From IMG/VR virus record IMGVR_UViG_2534681762_000013: a stretch of DNA of 40,188 nt, one strand, 5' to 3'. The notes below the pieces were generated by a model. It saw nothing but the letters and a program-made list of their open reading frames with translations. It searched no databases and was not told where the DNA came from. A program made the translations under genes and the position numbers. This DNA is from a virus (lineage: Duplodnaviria > Heunggongvirae > Uroviricota > Caudoviricetes). This document shows positions 19,543 to 27,760 of this stretch, one piece after another; the stretch's first letter is position 1, and each line of letters begins with the position of its first letter.

Positions 19543-19738
19543 ATTCCCCCCGTGAAATTTTGCCATCGCGCAGCAACCTGAAAGACTGGTGTTTGTAGTA
19601 CCAGTTGATAGCCAGCATCAGCACACCAATCAGTACGCCTCCAACCGTTGATGCATCCTTGAGTGACAGATCGCCCAGCCATGCCAGCAGCACGGCGATG
19701 CAGTAAGTAATAAAGGCGCTGATTCGTTCAAGCGTCAT
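19523..19738 (-). CDS. Y: holin (gpY-like)
   Basis: 71 aa with two hydrophobic segments and a charged C-terminus, directly upstream of the endolysin. Confidence 0.7.
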   Translation of the reverse strand: MTLERISAFITYCIAVLLAWLGDLSLKDASTVGGVLIGVLMLAINWYYKHQSFRLLRDGKISRGEYESFNR

Positions 19739-19741
19739 AAT

Positions 19742-19945
19742 TCAGTCCCATAGCTGGACGGTCTGCCCCGTGGTTGACGCCGTAATGTCCGGCAGTTCCA
19801 CCTGCAGCCCGTGCGGTAAAAATGGGCCGTACTCTGCCAGCCCCGGATTTGCCTTCAGAACCTGCTCAGTGCCCCCCTGCGTGCGCCCGTAATGACGCCA
19901 GCAAAGCGCGTCCACCGTGTCATACTGATGCGCACGCACTTTCAT
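19742..19945 (-). CDS. X: tail protein X-like
   Basis: 67-aa ORF between L and Y, P2 order and size. Confidence 0.7.
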   Translation of the reverse strand: MKVRAHQYDTVDALCWRHYGRTQGGTEQVLKANPGLAEYGPFLPHGLQVELPDITASTTGQTVQLWD

Positions 19946-20409
19946 CAGATAAGCTCCACCGTACAGTGCGGCGCATCCTGCACCCGGCTGATGGCCCAGC
20001 GGGCATCACGCCACAGATCGCCGCTGGCCTCCGCCAGCTCCTCCCCCCGTTTCACACCTGATGCCGTGGCGTCATAGTCCTGATAACGCTCATTGAGCAC
20101 AGCGCGCGTCCAGCAAAAAACGGCGTTATGGTAGTGCCGGATACGCTCGCTTTTACCGTCCAGCATGTCCGCCGGAACCTCAGCCAGTGCCCGGTAGCCC
20201 AGCAACTGCTGGCGGTTGCGGAAGTCGTACAGCTCAGCGTTAACCTCAGAAATAGCCGTCAGCACAACCTGCTTTAAACGCGACTGCGTCACCGTGCCGT
20301 CAGTTCGCATCACACTGCGAAATTCCGACAGGTCCACATCAGGCCAGAACGGCGTATTTTTGATGACCTCCGCCTGCTCCGGTGCCTGTTCGGGCGCAAC
20401 AAACTTCAT
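19945..20409 (-). CDS. L: head completion/stabilisation protein gpL-like
   Basis: 154 aa from the internal Met preceded by an AGGAGA RBS. Confidence 0.75.
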   Translation of the reverse strand: MKFVAPEQAPEQAEVIKNTPFWPDVDLSEFRSVMRTDGTVTQSRLKQVVLTAISEVNAELYDFRNRQQLLGYRALAEVPADMLDGKSERIRHYHNAVFCWTRAVLNERYQDYDATASGVKRGEELAEASGDLWRDARWAISRVQDAPHCTVELI

Positions 20410-20502
20410 GCGGCTTTCTCCTGAATAAGTGGGCGGTGGACGGAATTTTGATGTGGCAGTGCCTTTCGCCATCCCGTGCCGCCCGTGCGCGGGGCACGTT
20501 CG

Positions 20503-21153
20503 TTAGCGGCTGTCATTGCGCAGTCTGCGCTCCAGCTGCTGCTTTTCTTTTTTCACACCGCAGCGGGGATCAAGCTGCAGCGCATGGGTAAGGTGATTCA
20601 GGGCAGACGCCGGGTTGCTTTCGCTCAGTACAGCGCCGATGGCTTTATGCAGGCGCGCCCGCGACTGGTCCGGCATATCAAGATCGGTGGTCAGGTCCAG
20701 CGTCTGCAGAAGCAGATCAGCATCAAAACCGGCAGCGGTAAGCAGAGCGCTTTGCGCCGCGTCTGCCATTTCTTCTGCCAGCACGGTCTGCACGTTACGG
20801 TTGCCCAGCGGCATCACCCAGCCATGGAGCAGTGCATGGCGTCCGATTTCCAGCGCACCGGCATAATCACCGGCGTCGATACGCCACAGCATCACGTACA
20901 TCAGCACGTCATCCTGCTGCGCACCTCCGGCAGCCAGCACGCCCTCCGCCCAGGCGGAATATTTCGGCAGCAGTTCCACCTTGATTTCCGCCTTTTTCAC
21001 CGTGGACTGAACGCCCTTGAGGCGGCGGCGGTCTTCTGCCAGCTGCAGCAGCATCAGGTCATAACCCGACGCATGGCGAACACTGCCGCCCTCACGGGCG
21101 GCCTGTTCGGCCTGAATGCGCAGGCGGTGTTGCCGTGCGGGACTCAGGCTCAT
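20503..21153 (-). CDS. M: terminase endonuclease (small) subunit gpM-like
   Basis: 216-aa ORF after the capsid gene N, P2 order. Confidence 0.8.
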   Translation of the reverse strand: MSLSPARQHRLRIQAEQAAREGGSVRHASGYDLMLLQLAEDRRRLKGVQSTVKKAEIKVELLPKYSAWAEGVLAAGGAQQDDVLMYVMLWRIDAGDYAGALEIGRHALLHGWVMPLGNRNVQTVLAEEMADAAQSALLTAAGFDADLLLQTLDLTTDLDMPDQSRARLHKAIGAVLSESNPASALNHLTHALQLDPRCGVKKEKQQLERRLRNDSR

Positions 21154-21156
21154 GCG

Positions 21157-22224
21157 TTACTCTCCGTTTCCTGTTTCTACTGCAGGCGGGGTGAAATCAC
21201 CGATTTCGATGTTTTCAACCAGCGCCGCGCAGCGGTAGTCCTCGACCACATACGCCTCGTTGACGGATTCAAAGTTTTCAATCCGGTCACGTTTCGGGTT
21301 GTCGATAACTGAACGGCGGCGGGTGTCTTCCTGCCAGTAGATGGACAGGTTATCCAGACGGGTGATCAGCAGGGCATTTGCCGGGAAGAAAGGCGCGCGC
21401 ACAGCCTGCAGGCCGCCCATGCGTTTCTGGCTGATGATCAGATCGGCGGCGATTTTCTCGCTGTTGTCCTGCTCTTTGTTGACCAGCGGGAAATACTTGT
21501 CAGACAGCAGTTCACGTCCGCAGACAACAACCAGCTCGTCATCATCCTGATACTCCACATCGATCAGCTCGTTGACGGTATCCATCACCACCGCGTCAAG
21601 ATTTACATACTTACCACCCGGACCTACTTTTACCGGTTCTGCAGTAGTGGTGCCGTCTTCTGCGGTTTTGCTGCCCATGACGTGATCCGGCGCGTCTTCG
21701 CGGATTTTCTGCAGCCAGCCTTTATTGACGTCCTGCAGCAGCGGGTTTTCAGCACGGTTGGAGGTTTTGGCGCGCTTCACGCCGTTAAAGCCGATCATGA
21801 TGCGGTCCAGCGCCTGACGCTTGACGATGGCGTTGCGAATACGCACCTGGAAGTCCTGGAATTTCGCCCACATGTCCAGTTTTGCGTAGGTCAGCACCGT
21901 ATCAAAGTTGGTCTGCTCGCATTTGTATTCCACATCTTCCATCAGCGTCGGATCGGTAGGCTCGCGCTCTTTGGTGGTGGTATCGGTGGTTCCGGCAATG
22001 GTGCTTCCCACGCCCAGCCCCAGCAACTGACCGGACTGCTCAGTGACCGGCGTGATGTTAATCAGCGTCAGGAAAGCGGCGGACTGCTGGATCTGGTCTT
22101 CCAGCGTCTGCTGCACGGACGGCTCCACGGTAAACTTGCTGGACAGTTCTTCAACCTCCACACCGTTCAGGCGCGCCAGTTGCTGCAGGTAAGCGTTAAA
22201 GGCAAAGCGGGTTTTCTTTTTCAT
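21157..22224 (-). CDS. N: major capsid protein gpN-like
   Basis: 355 aa (MKKKTRFAFNAYLQQLARLNGV...), matching remembered P2 gpN in size and sequence. Confidence 0.9.
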   Translation of the reverse strand: MKKKTRFAFNAYLQQLARLNGVEVEELSSKFTVEPSVQQTLEDQIQQSAAFLTLINITPVTEQSGQLLGLGVGSTIAGTTDTTTKEREPTDPTLMEDVEYKCEQTNFDTVLTYAKLDMWAKFQDFQVRIRNAIVKRQALDRIMIGFNGVKRAKTSNRAENPLLQDVNKGWLQKIREDAPDHVMGSKTAEDGTTTAEPVKVGPGGKYVNLDAVVMDTVNELIDVEYQDDDELVVVCGRELLSDKYFPLVNKEQDNSEKIAADLIISQKRMGGLQAVRAPFFPANALLITRLDNLSIYWQEDTRRRSVIDNPKRDRIENFESVNEAYVVEDYRCAALVENIEIGDFTPPAVETGNGE

Positions 22225-22240
22225 CGGGTTTTATGCTCCA

Positions 22241-23074
22241 TCAGCAATTGGTCAGGGTGCCTGCCAGTGCGTCACCGCCCGGCGCGCGCTGGCGGTAATC
22301 CTTGCGGCTGTCTTCACGGCTCAGCTGCTGCTGTAACTCGGCAAAGGCGGCCTGTTGTTCCTGCAGGGAGGACTCCAGCTCAGAAAGGCGCTTGTCCTGT
22401 TCTGACAGGGATTTATCAGTGCGTTCGCTCAGGTTCTGCTGCTCGGTGGCGACCAGTTCCACGGCTTTATGCACATCAGAGAATCGCGCATCGTCGGTCT
22501 GCTCTTTTTTGGTGAACAGCGCGGTGACGCGGGCAAAGAGGGATGGCTTTTCGTCCTGGGCTTCTTCCAGTTCGATCTGCGTTTCTTCGGCAGCGGTAAA
22601 CAGGTTTTCAGGGTTCTGCTTACGGTTTGCCAGCGGGTTATGGGCGGCGCTGGCGCTGAATACCAGCATTTCGGTGCCGAGACTCGCCGGATCGTCTGTT
22701 GCCGCCAGCCCCACAAGATAGGCTTTGCCGGTGTCGGCAAACTTCGGGCTGACCTCCATGGAGGTAAACAGCTTCTGGCCTTTTTTCACTAGGGCCACCA
22801 GGGAGTCCGTCGGTTCAACATCGGCGTAAAGTGCCATCTTGCCCGCCAGCGGACCGTCCTGGATTTCTTCTGCAACCAGCGCAGTCACTTTGCCGTAACG
22901 GTTGAATGCACTGTCCGGGGAATAAGACTTGATGTGTTCCATGTTGATCAGCGCGGTATAGACCGTCGGATTGTAGCTGGCAGCCATCTGTACCAGCCAT
23001 TCACACTGGATTTCGCGTCCGTCGGTAGTGGCGCCTTCCACCCCGATACGGAAACGTTTTGCTTTCACTGTCAT
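22241..23074 (-). CDS. O: capsid scaffolding protein gpO-like
   Basis: 277 aa with an acidic coiled-coil C-terminus, upstream of N. Confidence 0.85.
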   Translation of the reverse strand: MTVKAKRFRIGVEGATTDGREIQCEWLVQMAASYNPTVYTALINMEHIKSYSPDSAFNRYGKVTALVAEEIQDGPLAGKMALYADVEPTDSLVALVKKGQKLFTSMEVSPKFADTGKAYLVGLAATDDPASLGTEMLVFSASAAHNPLANRKQNPENLFTAAEETQIELEEAQDEKPSLFARVTALFTKKEQTDDARFSDVHKAVELVATEQQNLSERTDKSLSEQDKRLSELESSLQEQQAAFAELQQQLSREDSRKDYRQRAPGGDALAGTLTNC

Positions 23075-23152
23075 GAGCCGTGCTCCGTTAGAAATAACTT
23101 ACTGGAGCCTTATGTTTGCGGTGATGGGGGGAGTGAGACAACGCGCTGTATT

Positions 23153-23170
23153 TGTACGGTAAACCACACA
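23153..23170. promoter_or_regulatory. TGT-N12-ACA dyad, candidate Ogr-dependent late promoter element in the O/P divergent region
   Basis: TGTACGGTAAACCACACA lies about 80-95 bp upstream of the O start codon, compatible with a -55-centred activator site; a single dyad can also occur by chance. Confidence 0.3.
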
Positions 23171-23216
23171 AACTGCAGCCGGGGAAAGCCGCCATCCAAG
23201 GCCGTATGTTTGGGCC

Positions 23217-24983
23217 ATGAACACGACACTGACCCCCGCAGACCTCGATCCCCGTCGGCAGGCCATGCTGCTGTACTTTCAGGGATACCGCGTAGCCCGC
23301 ATTGCTGAAATGCTGGGCGAAAAAGTTGCAACCGTTCACAGCTGGAAGAAGCGCGACAAGTGGGGCGACTATGGGCCGCTGGATCAGATGCAGCTCACCA
23401 CCGCCGCACGTTACTGCCAGCTCATCATGAAGGAGCAGAAAGAAGGGAAAGACTTCAAGGAAATTGACCTGCTGGCGCGCCAGTCAGAGCGTCACGCCCG
23501 GATCGGAAAATTTAACGACGGCGGGAACGAAGCAGATTTAAACCCGAAAGTAGACAACCGTAACAAAGGTCCGCGCAGGCAGCCGGAAAAGAACGTTTTC
23601 TCCGACGAACAGATCGAAAAGCTGGAAGAAGTCTTCCATGCCTCAATGTTCGACTATCAGCGTCACTGGTTTGAAGCCGGAAAAACAAACCGCATCCGTA
23701 ATCTGCTCAAGTCGCGCCAGATTGGCGCCACGTTTTATTTTGCCCGTGAAGCATTGATTGACGCCCTGCTGACCGGGCGCAACCAGATTTTCCTTTCTGC
23801 CAGTAAGGCGCAGGCGCACGTTTTTAAGCAGTACATCATCGACTTTGCCAAAGAGGTGGATGTTGAGCTGAAAGGCGATCCCATGGTGCTGCCCAATGGC
23901 GCAGCTTTGTACTTCCTCGGCACCAATGCCCGTACTGCGCAGAGCTACCACGGCAACCTGTATCTTGATGAGTATTTCTGGATACCGAAATTCCAGGAGC
24001 TGCGCAAGGTGGCCTCCGGGATGGCCATTCACAAAAAATGGCGACAAACCTACTTTTCCACGCCGTCCAGCCTGACTCACAGTGCCTATCCGTTCTGGTC
24101 CGGTGCGCTGTTTAATCGGGGCCGCGCCAAAGCGGACAAGGTGGATATTGACCTGACCCACAGCAACCTTGCGCGCGGCCTGCTCTGCCCTGACGGACAG
24201 TACCGCCAGATCGTCACCGTGGAGGATGCGGTGCGCGGAGGCTGTAACCTGTTCGACCTGGACCAACTGCGCATGGAGTACAGCCCGGACGAATACCAGA
24301 ACCTGCTGATGTGCGAATTTATTGACGATCTGGCGTCAGTATTCCCGCTCAGCGAGCTGCAGGCGTGCATGGTGGACAGCTGGGAAGTCTGGACCGATTT
24401 TCAGGCGCTGGCGCTGCGCCCGTTTGGCTGGCGGGAAGTCTGGATCGGTTACGACCCAGCGAAAGGTACGCAGAACGGTGACAGCGCAGGCTGCGTGGTT
24501 ATGGCACCACCCACTGTACCTGGCGGAAAGTTCCGCATTCTGGAGCGTCATCAGTGGCGCGGGATGGACTTCCGCGCCCAGGCTGATGCCATCAAAAAGC
24601 TGACGCAGCAGTACAACGTGACTTATATCGGCATCGACTCGACCGGCGTCGGTCACGGTGTTTATGAGAACGTAAAAGCGTTCTTTCCTGCCGTGCGGGA
24701 GTTTGTCTACAACCCCAACGTCAAAAACGCCCTGGTGCTCAAAGCGTACGACATTATCAGCCACCGTCGTCTGGAGTTTGACGCCGGGCACACTGACATT
24801 GCGCAGTCCTTTATGGCAATCCGCCGTGCCACTACCGCCAGCGGCAACCGCCCTACCTACGAAGCGAGCCGCAGCGAAGAAGCCAGCCACGCAGATTTGG
24901 CCTGGGCAACGATGCACGCACTGTTTAACGAACCGCTGCAGGGCGAATCCGCCAATACCAGCAATATTGTGGAGATTTTTTAA
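23217..24983 (+). CDS. P: terminase ATPase (large) subunit gpP-like
   Basis: 588-aa ORF divergent from O; size and position as P2 gpP. Confidence 0.88.
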   Translation: MNTTLTPADLDPRRQAMLLYFQGYRVARIAEMLGEKVATVHSWKKRDKWGDYGPLDQMQLTTAARYCQLIMKEQKEGKDFKEIDLLARQSERHARIGKFNDGGNEADLNPKVDNRNKGPRRQPEKNVFSDEQIEKLEEVFHASMFDYQRHWFEAGKTNRIRNLLKSRQIGATFYFAREALIDALLTGRNQIFLSASKAQAHVFKQYIIDFAKEVDVELKGDPMVLPNGAALYFLGTNARTAQSYHGNLYLDEYFWIPKFQELRKVASGMAIHKKWRQTYFSTPSSLTHSAYPFWSGALFNRGRAKADKVDIDLTHSNLARGLLCPDGQYRQIVTVEDAVRGGCNLFDLDQLRMEYSPDEYQNLLMCEFIDDLASVFPLSELQACMVDSWEVWTDFQALALRPFGWREVWIGYDPAKGTQNGDSAGCVVMAPPTVPGGKFRILERHQWRGMDFRAQADAIKKLTQQYNVTYIGIDSTGVGHGVYENVKAFFPAVREFVYNPNVKNALVLKAYDIISHRRLEFDAGHTDIAQSFMAIRRATTASGNRPTYEASRSEEASHADLAWATMHALFNEPLQGESANTSNIVEIF

Positions 24984-26029
24984 TGAGTGAACACGACGCC
25001 CTGACCAGTACCGCGCCAGTACAGGAAGCCGCGCAGCAGAAGAACACAACTCAAGCCGAAGCATTCAGCTTTGGCGATCCTATCCCGGTACTGGACCGCC
25101 GCGAACTGCTGGACTATGTGGAATGCGTGCAGATGGACAAATGGTATGAGCCGCCCGTGAGCTTTGACGGCCTGGCTCGCACCTACCGCGCCGCCGTGCA
25201 TCACAGCTCACCGATTGCCGTTAAGCGCAACATCCTGACCAGCACGTTTATCCCGCATCCGCTGCTGAGCCAGCAGGCATTCAGCCGCTTCGTGCAGGAC
25301 TACCTGGTGTTTGGTAATGCCTATCTGGAGAAACGGACGAACCGGCTGGGCGGCATTCTGTCACTGGAGCCATCGCTGGCGAAATACACCCGCCGCGGGA
25401 CCGACCTCGACACTTACTGGTTTGTGCAATACGGCATGACCACGCAGCCCTACGAGTTCACCAAAGGCAGCATCTTCCACCTGATGGAGCCGGACTTAAA
25501 CCAGGAGATTTATGGACTACCAGAATACCTGTCCGCTATCCCTTCCGCCCTTCTGAATGAGCCCGCCACGCTGTTCCGCCGCAAGTACTACATCAACGGC
25601 AGCCACGCGGGCTTTATCATGTACATGACCGACGCCGCGCAGAACCAGGAGGACGTGAACAACATCCGCCAGGCCATGAAAAGCGCCAAAGGGCCAGGCA
25701 ACTTCCGCAACCTGTTTATGTATTCGCCCAACGGGAAGAAGGACGGCATTCAGATAATCCCACTATCAGAGGTAGCGGCAAAGGATGAGTTTCTGAACAT
25801 CAAGAACGTGAGCCGCGATGACATGATGGCAGCGCACCGTGTGCCGCCACAGATGATGGGGATCATGCCAAGCAATGTTGGGGGTTTTGGGGATGTGGAA
25901 AAGGCCAGCCTTGTTTTTGTAAGAAACGAACTAATCCCCCTCCAAAAAAGGCTGCAAGAACTCAATGATTGGTTACAAGAAGATGTAATACGCTTTGAAC
26001 CCTACAAGTTAAATTTAGGTGATGAATAG
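24983..26029 (+). CDS. Q: portal protein gpQ-like
   Basis: 348-aa ORF whose start overlaps the P stop (TAATG). Confidence 0.88.
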   Translation: MSEHDALTSTAPVQEAAQQKNTTQAEAFSFGDPIPVLDRRELLDYVECVQMDKWYEPPVSFDGLARTYRAAVHHSSPIAVKRNILTSTFIPHPLLSQQAFSRFVQDYLVFGNAYLEKRTNRLGGILSLEPSLAKYTRRGTDLDTYWFVQYGMTTQPYEFTKGSIFHLMEPDLNQEIYGLPEYLSAIPSALLNEPATLFRRKYYINGSHAGFIMYMTDAAQNQEDVNNIRQAMKSAKGPGNFRNLFMYSPNGKKDGIQIIPLSEVAAKDEFLNIKNVSRDDMMAAHRVPPQMMGIMPSNVGGFGDVEKASLVFVRNELIPLQKRLQELNDWLQEDVIRFEPYKLNLGDE

Positions 26030-26062
26030 TAATCACCTACTCATCAACAACAATATTCAAAC

Positions 26063-26095
26063 AGGCCGCTAATCATGCGGCCTTAATTTATTTAC
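26063..26095. terminator. bidirectional hairpin terminator between Q and the convergent small-gene operon
   Basis: AGGCCGC-TAATCAT-GCGGCCT stem-loop with AT/T-rich flanks. Confidence 0.45.
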
Positions 26096-26361
26096 CAATT
26101 TCGACCAGGAGCCTTTAACCATGTAGAACAAGAATAATTTAATGAGGCCCAAGATTTTTGTAAACGAGCAACAAAGATCACATCGTTACTATCAACATTT
26201 GCTTTAAGTCCATCACGCAATTGCGCTGCAGAAAGCGTGGTATCGATTAACCAAAAGGATTCTAAATGTTTGCAGTAGTCAAACTTTTTGAGATAGGTAA
26301 AAACATCATCATAGTTCTTGCCTGGAGCTTTCAAGTCATACGTTACACAATAGACCGCCAT
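26092..26361 (-). CDS. hypothetical 89-aa protein (weak VapD/Cas2-like N-terminal pattern)
   Basis: AT-rich ORF with a GGAG RBS, 3 nt downstream of the zinc-ribbon gene; the N-terminus MAVYCVTYDLK... loosely recalls the first strand of VapD/Cas2-fold proteins. Confidence 0.5.
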   Translation of the reverse strand: MAVYCVTYDLKAPGKNYDDVFTYLKKFDYCKHLESFWLIDTTLSAAQLRDGLKANVDSNDVIFVARLQKSWASLNYSCSTWLKAPGRNW

Positions 26362-26364
26362 CTT

Positions 26365-26547
26365 TTATGCTCCGCACTTTTTATCATTTGGAGAACATCT
26401 TAATCGACGACATCTGCGACAATATGATTGTGGAATCAAACGTTCCCCTTCCATCATTCTAAAACCAAATACCTCTTCAATTTTGTTCAGATCACCACTT
26501 GCAGCGACCCCACAACAAGGACAATAAGCTTTAACTTGATACGGCAT
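26365..26547 (-). CDS. hypothetical 60-aa C4 zinc-ribbon protein
   Basis: CPCC...CRRC cysteine pairs; start taken at the Met with a GGAG RBS; AT-rich; forms an operon with the 89-aa gene. Confidence 0.45.
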   Translation of the reverse strand: MPYQVKAYCPCCGVAASGDLNKIEEVFGFRMMEGERLIPQSYCRRCRRLRCSPNDKKCGA

Positions 26548-26647
26548 GTTTATCTCCATTTCACATGTTTTGAGTAGAGTAATCTATCCGTCCAAGCAAA
26601 AATGAGACATAGCTCTTGAAAGCTGTCCCAAACCAACCAGCGCGCGC

Positions 26648-26666
26648 TCGTATCCCCGCCACGCCT
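26648..26666. other. candidate cos (cohesive end) site
   Basis: The reverse complement of TCCCCGCCACGCC at 26652..26664 is GGCGTGGCGGGGA, matching the start of the 186/P2 cohesive-end sequence as remembered; position after Q fits P2 organisation. Confidence 0.35.
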
Positions 26667-26868
26667 GCCCGCTTTGTGTAGTGGTTTTCATGCACCTGCA
26701 TGACATAAGCAAAAGCCCGCCAGTTCTGGCGGGCCTGAGCAAAAACGATCCTCAAACGATCATGCGATTTCATGCGGCATAGACATGCACAACAGCGCTA
26801 ACGCCTCGCGTGGCTCGTTGTTCAACCTTGCGGACGGTAAAAACCAGTTTTATCGTCCGCAACGTTCG

Positions 26869-27102
26869 CTAATGTAACCAGCTGTCGTCCTCCCAGACCT
26901 GCTGCATTATTTCCATCACTCGCTTTTTATCTTCATCCAGTTTTAACCCGCTCAGCTCTACGCCGTTGGCGCTGCCCTTACGGATACGAATTGCTGTTTT
27001 GGGATACAGAGGGCGCAAATTACGGTAAAGCTCGGATTCAAGGGCGTCCAGTGTAGCCTGGCTAATCTTCTGCTCTTTATCGATCATTATTTCAATGCGC
27101 AT
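26869..27102 (-). CDS. DinI-family protein
   Basis: 77 aa MRIEIMIDKEQKISQATLDALESELYRNL...EIMQQVWEDDSW, the DinI fold pattern; downstream gene of the LexA-box operon. Confidence 0.8.
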   Translation of the reverse strand: MRIEIMIDKEQKISQATLDALESELYRNLRPLYPKTAIRIRKGSANGVELSGLKLDEDKKRVMEIMQQVWEDDSWLH

Positions 27103-27113
27103 ACAGATTCCCC

Positions 27114-27302
27114 TTAACTGGTTACATCCATTGACCGGCAGTATTCATGGCTGCGGATTTTCGCCATCAGCTCGTCGGTCAGTTCGGACACCCACTGGAT
27201 AGCCAGCCGCTTTTCTTCGTCGCTACACTCACTAGCCGCTACAAGCTTGATAAAAAAATCAATGCGCTGGAGCTTCAACGACTCCAAAAGATAATCCTGC
27301 AT
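27114..27302 (-). CDS. small SOS-operon protein, candidate Tum-like antirepressor
   Basis: 62 aa from the Met with a GGAGGG RBS; located between the LexA box and the DinI-like gene, mirroring the SOS-induced tum locus of phage 186; the ORF-track 98-aa version would span the promoter. Confidence 0.45.
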   Translation of the reverse strand: MQDYLLESLKLQRIDFFIKLVAASECSDEEKRLAIQWVSELTDELMAKIRSHEYCRSMDVTS

Positions 27303-27351
27303 TTTCCCTCCTATCACCACCTCGGATACACAACAACTGTATATATATCCA

Positions 27352-27367
27352 CTGTTTATAATTACAG
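27352..27367. promoter_or_regulatory. LexA (SOS) box overlapping the promoter of the Tum-like/DinI-like operon
   Basis: CTGTTTATAATTACAG fits CTGT-N8-ACAG with an AT-rich spacer; an adjacent imperfect copy lies at 27337..27354; about 50 nt upstream of the start codon at 27302. Confidence 0.6.
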
Positions 27368-27463
27368 TATAGTAGGAATTTGCGAATGTAAACCGTTTTT
27401 TATCTGTCAATTAGATCGCTCTGATGCGGATCAATAAGAGCAAGAATTGTTAAAGCTGCGGCA

Positions 27464-27760
27464 TCAGTACCACTGACGCCATTTGTCATCTTCCTGCAGA
27501 CGGTGGTTGCGGTAAAAAATACGCAGCCCGGCACCTGACGGAATACTGCCGCCGCGCAGAAGCAGGTCAATCTCTGACTCGCTACCATCGAACCCTCTGG
27601 AACTCAGTTCTGCCTCAAGCTGCAGGCGCTGCTGATCCGAAATAGTCTGTTTATATGCTTTTTTCCGCTTCGGTTTTACCAGCCTTAACCTGGCTGTCAG
27701 CTCCCGCCGTTCCTTCTGGCCCATGTTGTGGAGATATTCCTGCAGCTCCCTCTCATCCAT
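27464..27760 (-). CDS. hypothetical protein downstream of A
   Basis: 98-aa ORF whose 5' end overlaps the A stop; basic central region; no recognisable motif. Confidence 0.35.
   Translation of the reverse strand: MDERELQEYLHNMGQKERRELTARLRLVKPKRKKAYKQTISDQQRLQLEAELSSRGFDGSESEIDLLLRGGSIPSGAGLRIFYRNHRLQEDDKWRQWY

Noticed and set aside
26561-26773. 70-aa minus-strand ORF
   Set aside because: Spans the putative cos sequence and promoter region, GC-rich with no RBS; more likely non-coding.
26830-26860. Hairpin GCGGACGGTAAAA...TTTTATCGTCCGC downstream of the DinI-like gene as an intrinsic terminator
   Set aside because: Good stem but no adjacent U-tract on either strand; kept only as a possible structural element, not called.
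27114-27410. 98-aa version of the SOS-operon gene starting at 27410
   Set aside because: That start would place the LexA box and -10 region inside the coding sequence; the Met at 27302 with a GGAGGG RBS is the more credible start.
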